Shown piece after piece: positions 6,706-15,493 of a stretch of DNA of 15,653 bases. The DNA comes from an archaeon (GTDB lineage: Archaea; Methanobacteriota_B; Thermococci; Methanofastidiosales; NM3): positions 1-15,653 of the forward strand of contig RXIG01000023.1 in assembly GCA_004212155.1 (NCBI GenBank), in the 5' to 3' direction. The translations under genes were made by a program, and so were the position numbers. Numbering within the stretch: the first letter of the stretch is position 1; each line of letters opens with the position of its first letter. The notes beneath the pieces were generated by a model. It saw nothing but the letters and a program-made list of their open reading frames with translations, was not told the origin of the DNA and did not search any database.

Positions 6706-7929
6706 CTGCATCTTCCTTTTCATGGCGCCCCACATCTTCTCAACGCCCAGGGCTATCCCGTCAACCTCAATGCCCCCAACGTCCTTGACGCTGTCGCCGA
6801 CTGCGTAGAGCCCGCGAACGGGCAGTGACGGATCGAAGTCGTGGCCCGCCGCCGCCCTATTGACCGGATTCTTTCCAAAGTAGGACTGCACGCACAGCAC
6901 CTCGAATCGGCGGTCCCCCATGAGCGTCTCGATGTCCTCGAGACCACGCTCGGCCTCCGAGCGGATGCGTTTTCCACGCAGCGTCTGGTGGAACATCACG
7001 AGGTGACGTCCCTCGGGCGCAAGCGATGGATCGACGTTTGTCACCTGATTGACGCCCTCGACGCGCTGCGTGTTGAGGGGAAAGAGCACGCCGGTGTGGT
7101 CGAGGAGCGAATCCTTCGTCGAAACGTTGATCTTGATGCCGCCGGATTCGGATAGCGATTTGACCACGTCAACGAACGGCCTCTCGAACGTGCCTGAAGG
7201 GCACAGCCCGATGGTCTGTTTGATGCCAACGTCCGAGACGACGATGTCGTCCTCGTATGTCCCTTCGCCGGTCTCGACCCCGCACACGGCGCCGTCGTCG
7301 ACGTTGATGCGGTTGACACGCTCGTGACGGATGGCGACACCGTTGCGTTCGAGTACGCCGCGAAGCGCATCGACCACCGCGCCGCATCCGCCCATGGGCA
7401 CGCCGGGACCACCGTAGCGAAAGATGTTCTTGACGATGCCGTAGAGCTCTGTCGCGGGCACATCGGAGGGGGTGCAAGAAAGCGACCACCCGAGTACGGC
7501 ACGCGCGGCGTCATGGACGACGGGCGTCTTGAATAGCGATGAGAGGAACTCGTCGACGGGGCGGTCGGGCCCTGCGCCCAGGCGCATCCGTGCCACGAGG
7601 ACCGCTGCGTTCAATCGCTCGCGGCGAGGAAGCGAGCGCCGGATCTCGGAGAGGCGCATCACGCGGCCGTCGACGAGGAATCTGCCCCACGGTCGTGAAT
7701 CAACGATACGTACGTTCGCACCGACGGAGGAGAGCATGCGGCCCAAGGGGCCAGTGGAACCGTGCGGCACCATGTGAAGAGCGCCGGTGGTCAGGACGTG
7801 TCCATCGTGCTCGATGTTCCTGAAACGGCCCCCAAGACACGGCGCACGTTCAAAAAGGGTCACTTTATGCTCCCGTGAGGCACGGGCGGCAGCGAGGAGA
7901 CCTCCCAACCCCCCTCCTACGATAATCAT
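6688..7929 (-). CDS. Phytoene desaturase-like FAD-dependent oxidoreductase (COG1233-type)
   Basis: Rossmann motif IIVGGGLGGL, FER...LGGRF, TTGALHMVPHG..GPL, SLAPEGRH, GLYAVGD. Start set to ATG 7929, about 26 nt from TTTTAAAG at 7958-7951. Confidence 0.85.
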   Translation of the reverse strand: MIIVGGGLGGLLAAARASREHKVTLFERAPCLGGRFRNIEHDGHVLTTGALHMVPHGSTGPLGRMLSSVGANVRIVDSRPWGRFLVDGRVMRLSEIRRSLPRRERLNAAVLVARMRLGAGPDRPVDEFLSSLFKTPVVHDAARAVLGWSLSCTPSDVPATELYGIVKNIFRYGGPGVPMGGCGAVVDALRGVLERNGVAIRHERVNRINVDDGAVCGVETGEGTYEDDIVVSDVGIKQTIGLCPSGTFERPFVDVVKSLSESGGIKINVSTKDSLLDHTGVLFPLNTQRVEGVNQVTNVDPSLAPEGRHLVMFHQTLRGKRIRSEAERGLEDIETLMGDRRFEVLCVQSYFGKNPVNRAAAGHDFDPSLPVRGLYAVGDSVKDVGGIEVDGIALGVEKMWGAMKRKMQKVGDS

Positions 7930-7994
7930 GCAGTGAGATGTTTCACAAATCTTTAAAAAACTATGCGACCAGAACACACATAAGAGGGAAGAGC

Positions 7995-8588
7995 ATGGGT
8001 TACAACATCGTGATCACAGGAGTGGGGGGACAGGGCGTGCTCGTCGCCTCCCAGATAATCGCGAACGCGGCGATGAAAAACGATATGAAGGTGCGCGTCG
8101 GAGAGACGCACGGCATGGCGCAGCGCGGGGGCAGCGTCATCGCGCACGTGCGATTCGGCGCCGATGTCTTCGGTTCGATGACGCCCGAGGGTGAGGGCGA
8201 CGTGTTGCTCGCCTTCGAACCAGCAGAGGCGCTCAGGTACTTAAACTACATGCGCCAGGGGAGCTATGCAGTCTTCAACGAACACCCGGCGGTCCCCGTG
8301 AGCGTGACGATGGGGTCTGCGACATACCCCTCTCTTGAAGAGATCAAGAGCGCATTGGGGCGGCACCTCCACGCATGGAGCATTGATGCCACGGCGCTTG
8401 CGGTAAGGGCTGGCAACCATATAGCCACGAACACCGTCCTCATAGGCGCCTTTGCCAGGGTCGCCAAGGATGCCGGCATCCCGCTCTCCAGGGATGTGCT
8501 GCTCGAGGCGGTCAAGGAGCGCGTGCCGGAACGGTACCATGAGCTCAACGCGAAGGCGTTTGAGCTGGGGTATGAAGCTATCGTATGA
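7995..8588 (+). CDS. iorB: Indolepyruvate:ferredoxin oxidoreductase beta subunit
   Basis: NIVITGVGGQGV, GETHGMAQRGGSVIAHVRFG, AFEPAEALRY, NTVLIGA, NAKAFELG. Start ATG 7995 after GAGGGA. Confidence 0.92.
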   Translation: MGYNIVITGVGGQGVLVASQIIANAAMKNDMKVRVGETHGMAQRGGSVIAHVRFGADVFGSMTPEGEGDVLLAFEPAEALRYLNYMRQGSYAVFNEHPAVPVSVTMGSATYPSLEEIKSALGRHLHAWSIDATALAVRAGNHIATNTVLIGAFARVAKDAGIPLSRDVLLEAVKERVPERYHELNAKAFELGYEAIV

Positions 8589-9342
8589 ACTGCCTGAACT
8601 GGGCCAGGGCGTTCTCAAGCTCCCCTATCGTCGGGTAGGGGGCCTCGAGCACGTAGGGGCCGTCGTAGCCGGTCGCCCTGATCTCGCCGATACGGGCCTC
8701 AAAGTCGACCTCGCCCAAAAACGGCCGCACGTAGGCGCGCCGCCCCCCGATGAGCCACCTGCCGTCGAAGTCACGCAAGTGGACGTTGCTGAGCCGCGGG
8801 GAAAAGGCAAGCAGCTCATCGAACATCCCATAGATCTTCGCATATTCGAAGTCGAGCGTATATGTGAACGTGTCAGAGAACGAGAGGAGGTACTCGAGTA
8901 TGCGCGAGGGTCGGGCATGGCGCGACGGCAGCGCCTCGAGGGAGAGCGTGATGCCATGCTCTCCAGCATGCTCGGCGCATCTCGCAAGCGTCGTGCCGAT
9001 GGCATCAAGATCGAGTGAAGCGTAGCGTCCGTCCCACGGATGGACGACCACCATCGACGAACCGAGATCTCGGGCCAGCTCGACGGTGGTTCGTAAAAGC
9101 TCTTCTCCTCGCCACTCCTCGCCCGGCGTGGACAAAAAAGTCTGTATCTGCTTTGGTGAGTGCACGGCGCTGATGCGGCGGCCAACTCCCTGGAACCGTT
9201 CACGCACGCACTCCATGCGTTCGGCGAAATCGTTGTAGATGATGACCTCTATGGCATCGGCGCTCGTCATCGTCAGCCATTGGGCTATGGCATCGTAATC
9301 GTGCGTGCGAAAGCATCCCGTGGACACGCTCAGCAGGGCCAT
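8578..9342 (-). CDS. Sugar phosphate isomerase/epimerase-like (AP endonuclease 2) TIM-barrel protein
   Basis: SVSTG, AIE, AVHSP, VVHP, SLEAL, TLDFEY, NVHLRD, GEVDF, GYDGPYVLE. Start 9342 is supported by TATA spacing (ORF track gives 9366). Confidence 0.8.
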   Translation of the reverse strand: MALLSVSTGCFRTHDYDAIAQWLTMTSADAIEVIIYNDFAERMECVRERFQGVGRRISAVHSPKQIQTFLSTPGEEWRGEELLRTTVELARDLGSSMVVVHPWDGRYASLDLDAIGTTLARCAEHAGEHGITLSLEALPSRHARPSRILEYLLSFSDTFTYTLDFEYAKIYGMFDELLAFSPRLSNVHLRDFDGRWLIGGRRAYVRPFLGEVDFEARIGEIRATGYDGPYVLEAPYPTIGELENALAQFRQFIR

Positions 9343-9363
9343 GGTCCCATCTCTGTCTGCCGG

Positions 9364-9426
9364 CATATAACCGTTTTTGCCAATGCACGCTTCACGACCT
9401 CATAGCTCATGCAAAAGATTTATGAG
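9364..9426. promoter_or_regulatory. Back-to-back BRE/TATA promoters for the TIM-barrel gene (-) and MFS gene (+)
   Basis: Minus strand CAAAAACGGTTATATG (9379-9364). Plus strand CAAAAGATTTATGAG (9412-9426). Each TATA is centred about 26 nt from an ATG (9342, 9448). Confidence 0.55.
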
Positions 9427-9447
9427 CTTGAGAAGGCATCCGTGCGC

Positions 9448-10593
9448 ATGGAAGGGTACGACGGGCGGCGATTCCTGGCGATGATGACGTCGGTCCATTT
9501 CGTCAACGACGGATTCGAGATGATCGTGCCGACGCTGCTGCCCGTCATATCGGTCGCACTGTCGCTTTCTTACCCCCAGATAGGCCTGGTGGGCGGCGCG
9601 CTCGTCGTCTCCATGGGGCTCGGACAGGTCTTCGTGGGAGCGTTCTCTGATTATTTCGGCCATAAGAAACGCCTCATCATCGCAGGACTTGTCCTCGTCT
9701 CCGCAGCGTTTCTCATCATGGCGGCATCCCAGGGATTCTATTCGATGCTTGCGGCAAATCTCATGGCGGGATTCGGTCTGAGCATCTACCATCCAGTCGG
9801 CGTTGCGATGATAGCCAACAGGTACGATGAGAAGCAGGGCAAAGCGATGGGCGTGCACGGCTCGGGGGGAAACGCCGGCATGTTCCTCTTTCCACTCCTC
9901 GCAGGGGTGCTTGCCGACGTCATCGGATGGCGCCTCGCCCTGGCGACATTCCCCGTCCTCGGCCTTGCCATGGCGGCGCTCTATGCGCTCTACGTTGTGG
10001 AGGAGCCGTTCTCGCTCTCATCGTTTGAGCCAAAAAAGCTCCTCATCCCCGCCCTCGCCACGATCATCCTCGCCATGGGGCTCTTCAACATGGCGGTGCG
10101 CGGATTCATCGTCTTCTTTCCCGTCACGCTCGGCACCATCGGCACCGGTTCGAGTCTCACGGGCGGATTCATGTCGCTCTTCTTCGGGGTGGGCATCGTG
10201 GGCCAGTATCTGGGGGGGTGGCTCTCTGACAACAGGGAGATGCGCGTCTCGCTCGCCGTCACATCGGCGATATCGGCCGTCGCGATGTATGTCGCGATCC
10301 AATCACCGAACACCCCTGCGTTGATGGTGCCGGCACTCATGGTCGCGGGGCTGGGCGTCCACATGGTATGGCCCCTCTTCTTCGTCATCTACTCGAAGAC
10401 CACGCCCGCGGGGATGAGGGGGACAGGTCTTGGGGCCTTCTTCTCGATGGGATACCTCTTTGCGTCGACATCGCCTGTCATCATGGGGCATCTCGGTTCG
10501 GCATTCTCTCCCTCTGCATCGCATATCGTCATCGTGACAACGGGCATCGGCTGTGCGTTGGTCATGGCGCTCATGCGCCTCCGGCGGTCATGA
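9448..10593 (+). CDS. MFS transporter (Fsr/YbfB-like)
   Basis: About 12 hydrophobic segments, HFVND, motif A-like GAFSDYFGHKK, YHP, GKAMGVHGSGGNAG, GGWLSD. Start 9448 preferred, 9409 possible. Confidence 0.9.
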   Translation: MEGYDGRRFLAMMTSVHFVNDGFEMIVPTLLPVISVALSLSYPQIGLVGGALVVSMGLGQVFVGAFSDYFGHKKRLIIAGLVLVSAAFLIMAASQGFYSMLAANLMAGFGLSIYHPVGVAMIANRYDEKQGKAMGVHGSGGNAGMFLFPLLAGVLADVIGWRLALATFPVLGLAMAALYALYVVEEPFSLSSFEPKKLLIPALATIILAMGLFNMAVRGFIVFFPVTLGTIGTGSSLTGGFMSLFFGVGIVGQYLGGWLSDNREMRVSLAVTSAISAVAMYVAIQSPNTPALMVPALMVAGLGVHMVWPLFFVIYSKTTPAGMRGTGLGAFFSMGYLFASTSPVIMGHLGSAFSPSASHIVIVTTGIGCALVMALMRLRRS

Positions 10594-10650
10594 ATGGCGA
10601 GCTGATGCACGTGATATGCGCCCCTGACGGCACCTGGGGGGGCAAATCTG

Positions 10651-10665
10651 CGATAACCTTATAAG
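10651..10665 (+). promoter_or_regulatory. BRE/TATA promoter of topA
   Basis: CGATAACCTTATAAG ending 24 nt before ATG 10690. Confidence 0.6.
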
Positions 10666-10689
10666 ATGCATGTTATGTAAGTACCGCCG

Positions 10690-12765
10690 ATGACCACCCT
10701 CATTGTCGCAGAAAAACCAAATGTCGCGAAGCGAATTGCCGAGGCGCTTGGCAGCGCCACGAGGAAAAAGCGCGGCAAGGTGTCGTACTTCGTCCTGCCG
10801 GACGAGGACGTGGTCGTCGCATCAGCGGTGGGCCATCTCTACACCGTGAGGCAGGCGCGGCCCATCGACAGATACCCATTTTTTGATATCACATGGCTCT
10901 CCCCATACACGTATGAAAAGAAGATGAGCTACCTGAAGGACTATGTACGGGTGCTCGACGAGCTCGCCGACGATGCCGACCAGGTCGTCAACGCGTGCGA
11001 CTACGACATCGAGGGTTCGGTCATAGGGTACAACGCCATCGTCCATGCCTGTAAGATGGACCCGGAAAAAGCGCTCCGCATGAAGTTCTCGACGCTTACC
11101 AAAGAAGGCCTCGTGCGCTCGTACGAATCGATGGAGACATCGCTCAACTTTCCCATGGTACGCGCGGGTCTTACGCGCCACGAGCTCGACTGGTACTGGG
11201 GCATGAACATGTCCAAGGCTCTTTCAACATCGGTCAAGAGGCTTACCGGCAAGTACGTTCCCCTATCTGCCGGCCGCGTACAGACGCCGACGCTCTACTT
11301 CATCAATGAGAAGGAAAAAGAGATCGAGAAGTTCGTGCCGACGCCCTACTGGATCCTTGACATACACTTCCAGAAAGAGGGCCAGCGGGTAAAGGCAAGC
11401 TACCCCGAGAAGATAACCGACGGTGAGAAGGCGTCGGCCATCTACAAGGAAATCAAGGGCAAGGACGGCAGTGTGACCGAGGTGAAGCGCAACAAGGCCA
11501 CAAGGGCACCTCCCATCCCCATGGACCTCGGTCTGCTCCAGTCGGAGGCATGGGGCAACTTCCGCTTCCAGCCGAAAAAGACACAGGAGGTCGCCCAGAC
11601 GCTCTATGAGGCTGGCCTCATATCATATCCCCGCACATCCTCGCAGCAGTACCCAAAGGACCTCGGATTCAAGGGGATCCTCGAGGCGCTGAAAAAGAAT
11701 CCCGCCTATAACGAGGCCGCATCGATCGTGCTTGCTACACCGCTCAAGCCAAATCAGGGCAAAAAGACCGATCCCGCGCATCCTGCCATCTATCCCACGG
11801 GGCTCATACCTGAACGGCTGACCAAGGACCAGAAGCGGCTCTATGACCTCGTCGTGCAGCGGTTCTTTGCCGTCTTCATGCCTCCTGCGGTAGTGGAAAA
11901 CATCACACTCACCGTGGGCATCGAGTCGCACCCGTTTGTCGCCAAGGGGCAGCGCATCGTCGAGGAGGGATGGATGCGATTCTACGGACCGTACATCAGG
12001 TCATCCACCGGGCCGCTGCCGCACTACGAGAAAGGGGAGCACGTGCCCGTCGACAAGCACGAGAAGACGAGGAAGATGACCAAGCCTCCCGCACGCTACA
12101 ACCCCGCATCGGTCATCAAGGAGATGGAGCGCCTCGGTATCGGTACCAAGGCCACGCGCGCAAACACCGTCGACATACTGTTCAATCGCGGCTACATCAA
12201 GGGCAGGGAGATACGCATCACCGAGATCGGACGAAAGCTTGTCGAAACCCTTGAGCACTACTGCAAGGAGATCGTTTCCGTCGAGCTCACGAGCCACTTC
12301 GAAGGCGAGATGGAGCAAATCCTCGCCTCCGAAAAGGAGCGCGGCCAGGTGCTTGACGAGGCCAAGCGCGATCTGCGCGAGATATTTGCTCACTTCAAGG
12401 AGCACGAGCGGGAGATAGGCAGCGAGCTCATCGAAGCGCTCATCAACAGCGAGAACGAGAACCTCGGTGCATGCCCCGCATGCGGAGCCGACCTGAAGGT
12501 CATCACCTCGAAGACGACAAGCAAGCGATTCGTGGGATGTTCCAACTACCCGAAATGCAAGACGTCATACCCACTCCCACAGAAGGGAAATATCAACTTC
12601 GCACCCGAAACATGCACCGAGTGCGGGGCCCCCATGCTCAAGGGGCGCCGCGGCCGCTCATCGTGCATTGATCTCTCGTGCCCCTCCAAGGGGAAGCGAG
12701 AGGAAACGGAGAAGAAGGAAGAAAAAGGGACCGTCAAGAAGACGGAGCAGGCAGGCAAGGATTAA
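10690..12765 (+). CDS. topA: DNA topoisomerase I (type IA) with C-terminal zinc ribbons
   Basis: TOPRIM IVAEKP and ACDYDIEG, SAGRVQTPTL, catalytic ISYPRT, AHPAIYPT, GIGTKATRA, C4 ribbons CPAC...GCSNYPKC and CTEC. Confidence 0.97.
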   Translation: MTTLIVAEKPNVAKRIAEALGSATRKKRGKVSYFVLPDEDVVVASAVGHLYTVRQARPIDRYPFFDITWLSPYTYEKKMSYLKDYVRVLDELADDADQVVNACDYDIEGSVIGYNAIVHACKMDPEKALRMKFSTLTKEGLVRSYESMETSLNFPMVRAGLTRHELDWYWGMNMSKALSTSVKRLTGKYVPLSAGRVQTPTLYFINEKEKEIEKFVPTPYWILDIHFQKEGQRVKASYPEKITDGEKASAIYKEIKGKDGSVTEVKRNKATRAPPIPMDLGLLQSEAWGNFRFQPKKTQEVAQTLYEAGLISYPRTSSQQYPKDLGFKGILEALKKNPAYNEAASIVLATPLKPNQGKKTDPAHPAIYPTGLIPERLTKDQKRLYDLVVQRFFAVFMPPAVVENITLTVGIESHPFVAKGQRIVEEGWMRFYGPYIRSSTGPLPHYEKGEHVPVDKHEKTRKMTKPPARYNPASVIKEMERLGIGTKATRANTVDILFNRGYIKGREIRITEIGRKLVETLEHYCKEIVSVELTSHFEGEMEQILASEKERGQVLDEAKRDLREIFAHFKEHEREIGSELIEALINSENENLGACPACGADLKVITSKTTSKRFVGCSNYPKCKTSYPLPQKGNINFAPETCTECGAPMLKGRRGRSSCIDLSCPSKGKREETEKKEEKGTVKKTEQAGKD

Positions 12766-13541
12766 TCAAGCTTGTAGACGTCTGGCCGCCTGTCCTCTAT
12801 GATGTTGTTCAATGGATTCATCGACTTGTCGCGGCCGCTCATGGGATCGATGTCGGCCACCCACACCTCTTCTTCGCTCTCCGGCGAACGGTGGACGATC
12901 GTACCGTCATGGGCCGTTATCTGCGACATGCCGATGTAGCGCAGTCCAAACTCCTCGCCAACACGATTCGATGTGATGGCGTTCACCTTGTTCTCGACGC
13001 ACCTCGTCACCATGGCGTTCGGGCAGAACGGCAAGACAAGATTCGCGCTGTGGAGCATGAGGTCAGCACCCATGAGCATGAGGCTGCGCATCGTCTCGGG
13101 GAAGAACCAGTCAAAGCATACCATGAGGCCGACGTTGATGTCGCCGATAGAGTGGACCTCGAGCTTCGAACCGGATGAGAAAAACTTCTTCTCGTTGTAG
13201 AACAGGTGCACCTTCTTGTACGAGGATATGAACCCCTCTGGCCCGACGAAAAGCTGCGAGTTGTAGACCTTGCCGCCATAAAGCTCTGCGTAGCCAGCGG
13301 CTATGTACTGGTCCCGGTCGCGTGCGATCTCCTGAAGCATCTGCGAGGTAGGGCCGCTTGTGGCATCCTCTGCCAGTCCCTCGACCTGCCCCTTCTCCTG
13401 GAAGTTATACCCTGTGTTGAAGAGCTCGGGCAATACCACTATCGACGCCTCGCGTGCTTGTTCGAGGAGGCGGGCCGCATGGTCGAGGTTCGCCTCTCGG
13501 TCGAGGAACTCGGGACGCATCTGTATATTTGCTACTTTCAT
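12762..13541 (-). CDS. Nitrilase / carbon-nitrogen hydrolase family protein
   Basis: Catalytic triad E (LPELFNTGY), K (YKKVHLF), C (VCFDWFFPE). Start ATG 13541 after AGGTGA (GTG 13550 possible). Likely co-transcribed with the upstream HAD. Confidence 0.93.
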   Translation of the reverse strand: MKVANIQMRPEFLDREANLDHAARLLEQAREASIVVLPELFNTGYNFQEKGQVEGLAEDATSGPTSQMLQEIARDRDQYIAAGYAELYGGKVYNSQLFVGPEGFISSYKKVHLFYNEKKFFSSGSKLEVHSIGDINVGLMVCFDWFFPETMRSLMLMGADLMLHSANLVLPFCPNAMVTRCVENKVNAITSNRVGEEFGLRYIGMSQITAHDGTIVHRSPESEEEVWVADIDPMSGRDKSMNPLNNIIEDRRPDVYKLD

Positions 13542-13550
13542 GTACTTCAC

Positions 13551-14303
13551 CTACACAATAGTTTTCTCATCGATATTGACCTGTGAACTGAACTTGTCGG
13601 GCTTGGGGACGAGGAACGGGATGATCTTCGAAAGGTCGTCGTTGAGGATCACGATGTCAACGACACGCGTGAACTCGATGAACTCCTTGCGCTGTCCATC
13701 CATCGCCTTGGAAAACGATGACGTTATCGACTGTTTGATGGATTTCGAAGGATTGAACGCGATGGAGAGACCCACCTCCTTGAACATGAACAGGTCGTTC
13801 TCATCGTTTCCCACAGCCACCGTATGGTCGCGGGAGATGCCATGATCCTTGAGGTAGTTCCGCACGAAGTCGCCCTTTGATTTTAGGGTAAGGAGCTTTC
13901 CATCGCTTATCTCACCCGTGAGCTTGCCGTCGACGACCTCGGGGGAGTTGCCGTACGCCTCGGTGATGCCGATACGCTCACCGAACGCGGCGGCGATCTC
14001 CGTGAATCCGTTCGTGACGATGACGGGCCGATATGACGCGTCCTTGAGCTGCGTGATGGTCTCACGCACCGACTTGGTCATCTGCATACGCTGTGCCGTC
14101 TTCCTGAGGACGTTTTCCGGCTGGCCGGTGAGGAACGTGGCTCCCTTGGAGAGGATCCACTCAAGGCCCACCTGCTTCTTGAGCTGGCCTGCGAAGACCT
14201 TCATGGCCTTGTCCTTTTTGCCGATGGTCCTGGCCAGCTCGAGCGCCTGCGCCTGGGGCGTCAACACGCCGTCCATGTCAAAGAAGATGACATAGCTCAT
14301 CAT
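13551..14303 (-). CDS. HAD-IB phosphatase, phosphoserine phosphatase (SerB)-like
   Basis: FFDMDGVLT, IVTNG, KGDF, VAVGNDENDL, GLSIAFNP. Start at 14303 or 14300. Confidence 0.8.
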   Translation of the reverse strand: MMSYVIFFDMDGVLTPQAQALELARTIGKKDKAMKVFAGQLKKQVGLEWILSKGATFLTGQPENVLRKTAQRMQMTKSVRETITQLKDASYRPVIVTNGFTEIAAAFGERIGITEAYGNSPEVVDGKLTGEISDGKLLTLKSKGDFVRNYLKDHGISRDHTVAVGNDENDLFMFKEVGLSIAFNPSKSIKQSITSSFSKAMDGQRKEFIEFTRVVDIVILNDDLSKIIPFLVPKPDKFSSQVNIDEKTIV

Positions 14304-14375
14304 CTCACATCTCCCATAGTGTTTTAAGTGTTTTATGGTGTGGGGGTAGCACGCATGCATACGCCAACAACGCTG

Positions 14376-14390
14376 CGAAAACCTTATGTT
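14376..14390 (+). promoter_or_regulatory. Putative BRE/TATA promoter of priS
   Basis: CGAAAACCTTATGTT, TATA centred about 26 nt from ATG 14413. Confidence 0.5.
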
Positions 14391-14412
14391 CGTAGCGATG
14401 ATAGGGATATCG

Positions 14413-15354
14413 ATGGAATTCAGGGAAGCGACGCCCCAGGAGCGTATGCGCTATTATCACGAGGAATGGGACCCATCCGACGTCCCGCGCTTCATCACCG
14501 ACTCGATCGAGGAGCGCGAGTTCGCCTTCGATCACAACGGGCAGGGATACAACGACCGCTACAACGCATTCCACAACGTCCATGAGCTCGAGACGAAGAT
14601 GAAGACGCTCAATCCGTACGCCGTCTGTGCGTCCACCGCCTATTACGAGCGCCCGCAGCAGCGGGAAGGGTGGACCCGCGCAGAGCTCGTCTTCGACATC
14701 GATGCCAAGGACCAGCCCGTTCGCTCATGCGACTGCGAACCGGGATCGATCTGCGAGACGTGCCTCGAGGAGGGAAAAGAGCTTGCGCTCACCATCATGG
14801 ACACGCTGCGCGACGACTTCGCCATCCGCGACATGCACATGGCCTACTCCGGTCGCGGCTATCACATTCACGTCCTCGATGAGCACGTGCTTCCACTCGA
14901 GAATCGATCAGCCATCCTCGAGTACGTCATGGGGGCCGTCATGCCCACCGACTTCCAGATGATGGGGGGCTATGCCCGCACGTGGAGAAGGATGCTTGCC
15001 CTCATCATATCGAAGATGGACGAGAACGACCTCTCGTTTCTCACCTCGCCCGTCGCATCGAGTGTCATCGAGCACAGGGCGACGATCCTGCGCAATCTCG
15101 AGGCACGCAAGGCGGACTTCCTCAACGTGCCGGGTGTGGGAAAGACCAGCAGGGACAAGTTCCTCGAGCGCTGCATGGAGCTCAACGGACAGACGGTCGA
15201 CGGGAAGGTCACCATCGACACGAAGCGCATACTGCGTCTTCCATCAACGCTCCATTCGAAGATATCGATGATATGCATGCTCGTCGACAATCCCGAAACG
15301 TTCGACCCGCTCTCAAAGGCAGTGCCTCGATTCGTCGAGGAGCGCGAAAGCTAA
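14413..15354 (+). CDS. priS: DNA primase small (catalytic) subunit
   Basis: REFAFD, ELVFDIDAKD (catalytic DxD), zinc motif CDC...CETC, YSGRGYHIH, VDGKVTIDTKRILRLPSTLHSK. Start 14413 preferred over 14386. Confidence 0.96.
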   Translation: MEFREATPQERMRYYHEEWDPSDVPRFITDSIEEREFAFDHNGQGYNDRYNAFHNVHELETKMKTLNPYAVCASTAYYERPQQREGWTRAELVFDIDAKDQPVRSCDCEPGSICETCLEEGKELALTIMDTLRDDFAIRDMHMAYSGRGYHIHVLDEHVLPLENRSAILEYVMGAVMPTDFQMMGGYARTWRRMLALIISKMDENDLSFLTSPVASSVIEHRATILRNLEARKADFLNVPGVGKTSRDKFLERCMELNGQTVDGKVTIDTKRILRLPSTLHSKISMICMLVDNPETFDPLSKAVPRFVEERES

Positions 15355-15361
15355 AAACATC

Positions 15362-15493
15362 CTACAAAAGCAATAACAATAACAAGGCCGCAATCAAGAT
15401 GAACACGGCCGTTTGCATATCCCTTTTCTTAGAATAGACACTATAAAGTGCGATGAGAAGCAATATAACAAACAAAACGTTTTCAAACGTCAT
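15362..15493 (-). CDS. Small hypothetical membrane protein (43 aa, two TM helices)
   Basis: Manual translation MTFENVLFVILLLIALYSVYSKKRDMQTAVFILIAALLLLLLL*. Two hydrophobic stretches separated by a KKRD loop. SD-like GGTCGTGA upstream. Below the ORF track length cutoff. Confidence 0.6.
   Translation of the reverse strand: MTFENVLFVILLLIALYSVYSKKRDMQTAVFILIAALLLLLLL

Noticed and set aside
10590-10645. Possible C/D box sRNA (two CTGA boxes at 10602 and 10624)
   Set aside because: No good RTGATGA C box, and the guide regions would be only 5-6 nt
14318-14335. 9-bp tandem repeat agtgtttta x2 upstream of the SerB-like gene
   Set aside because: Overlaps the probable BRE/TATA region and is too short to support a separate element
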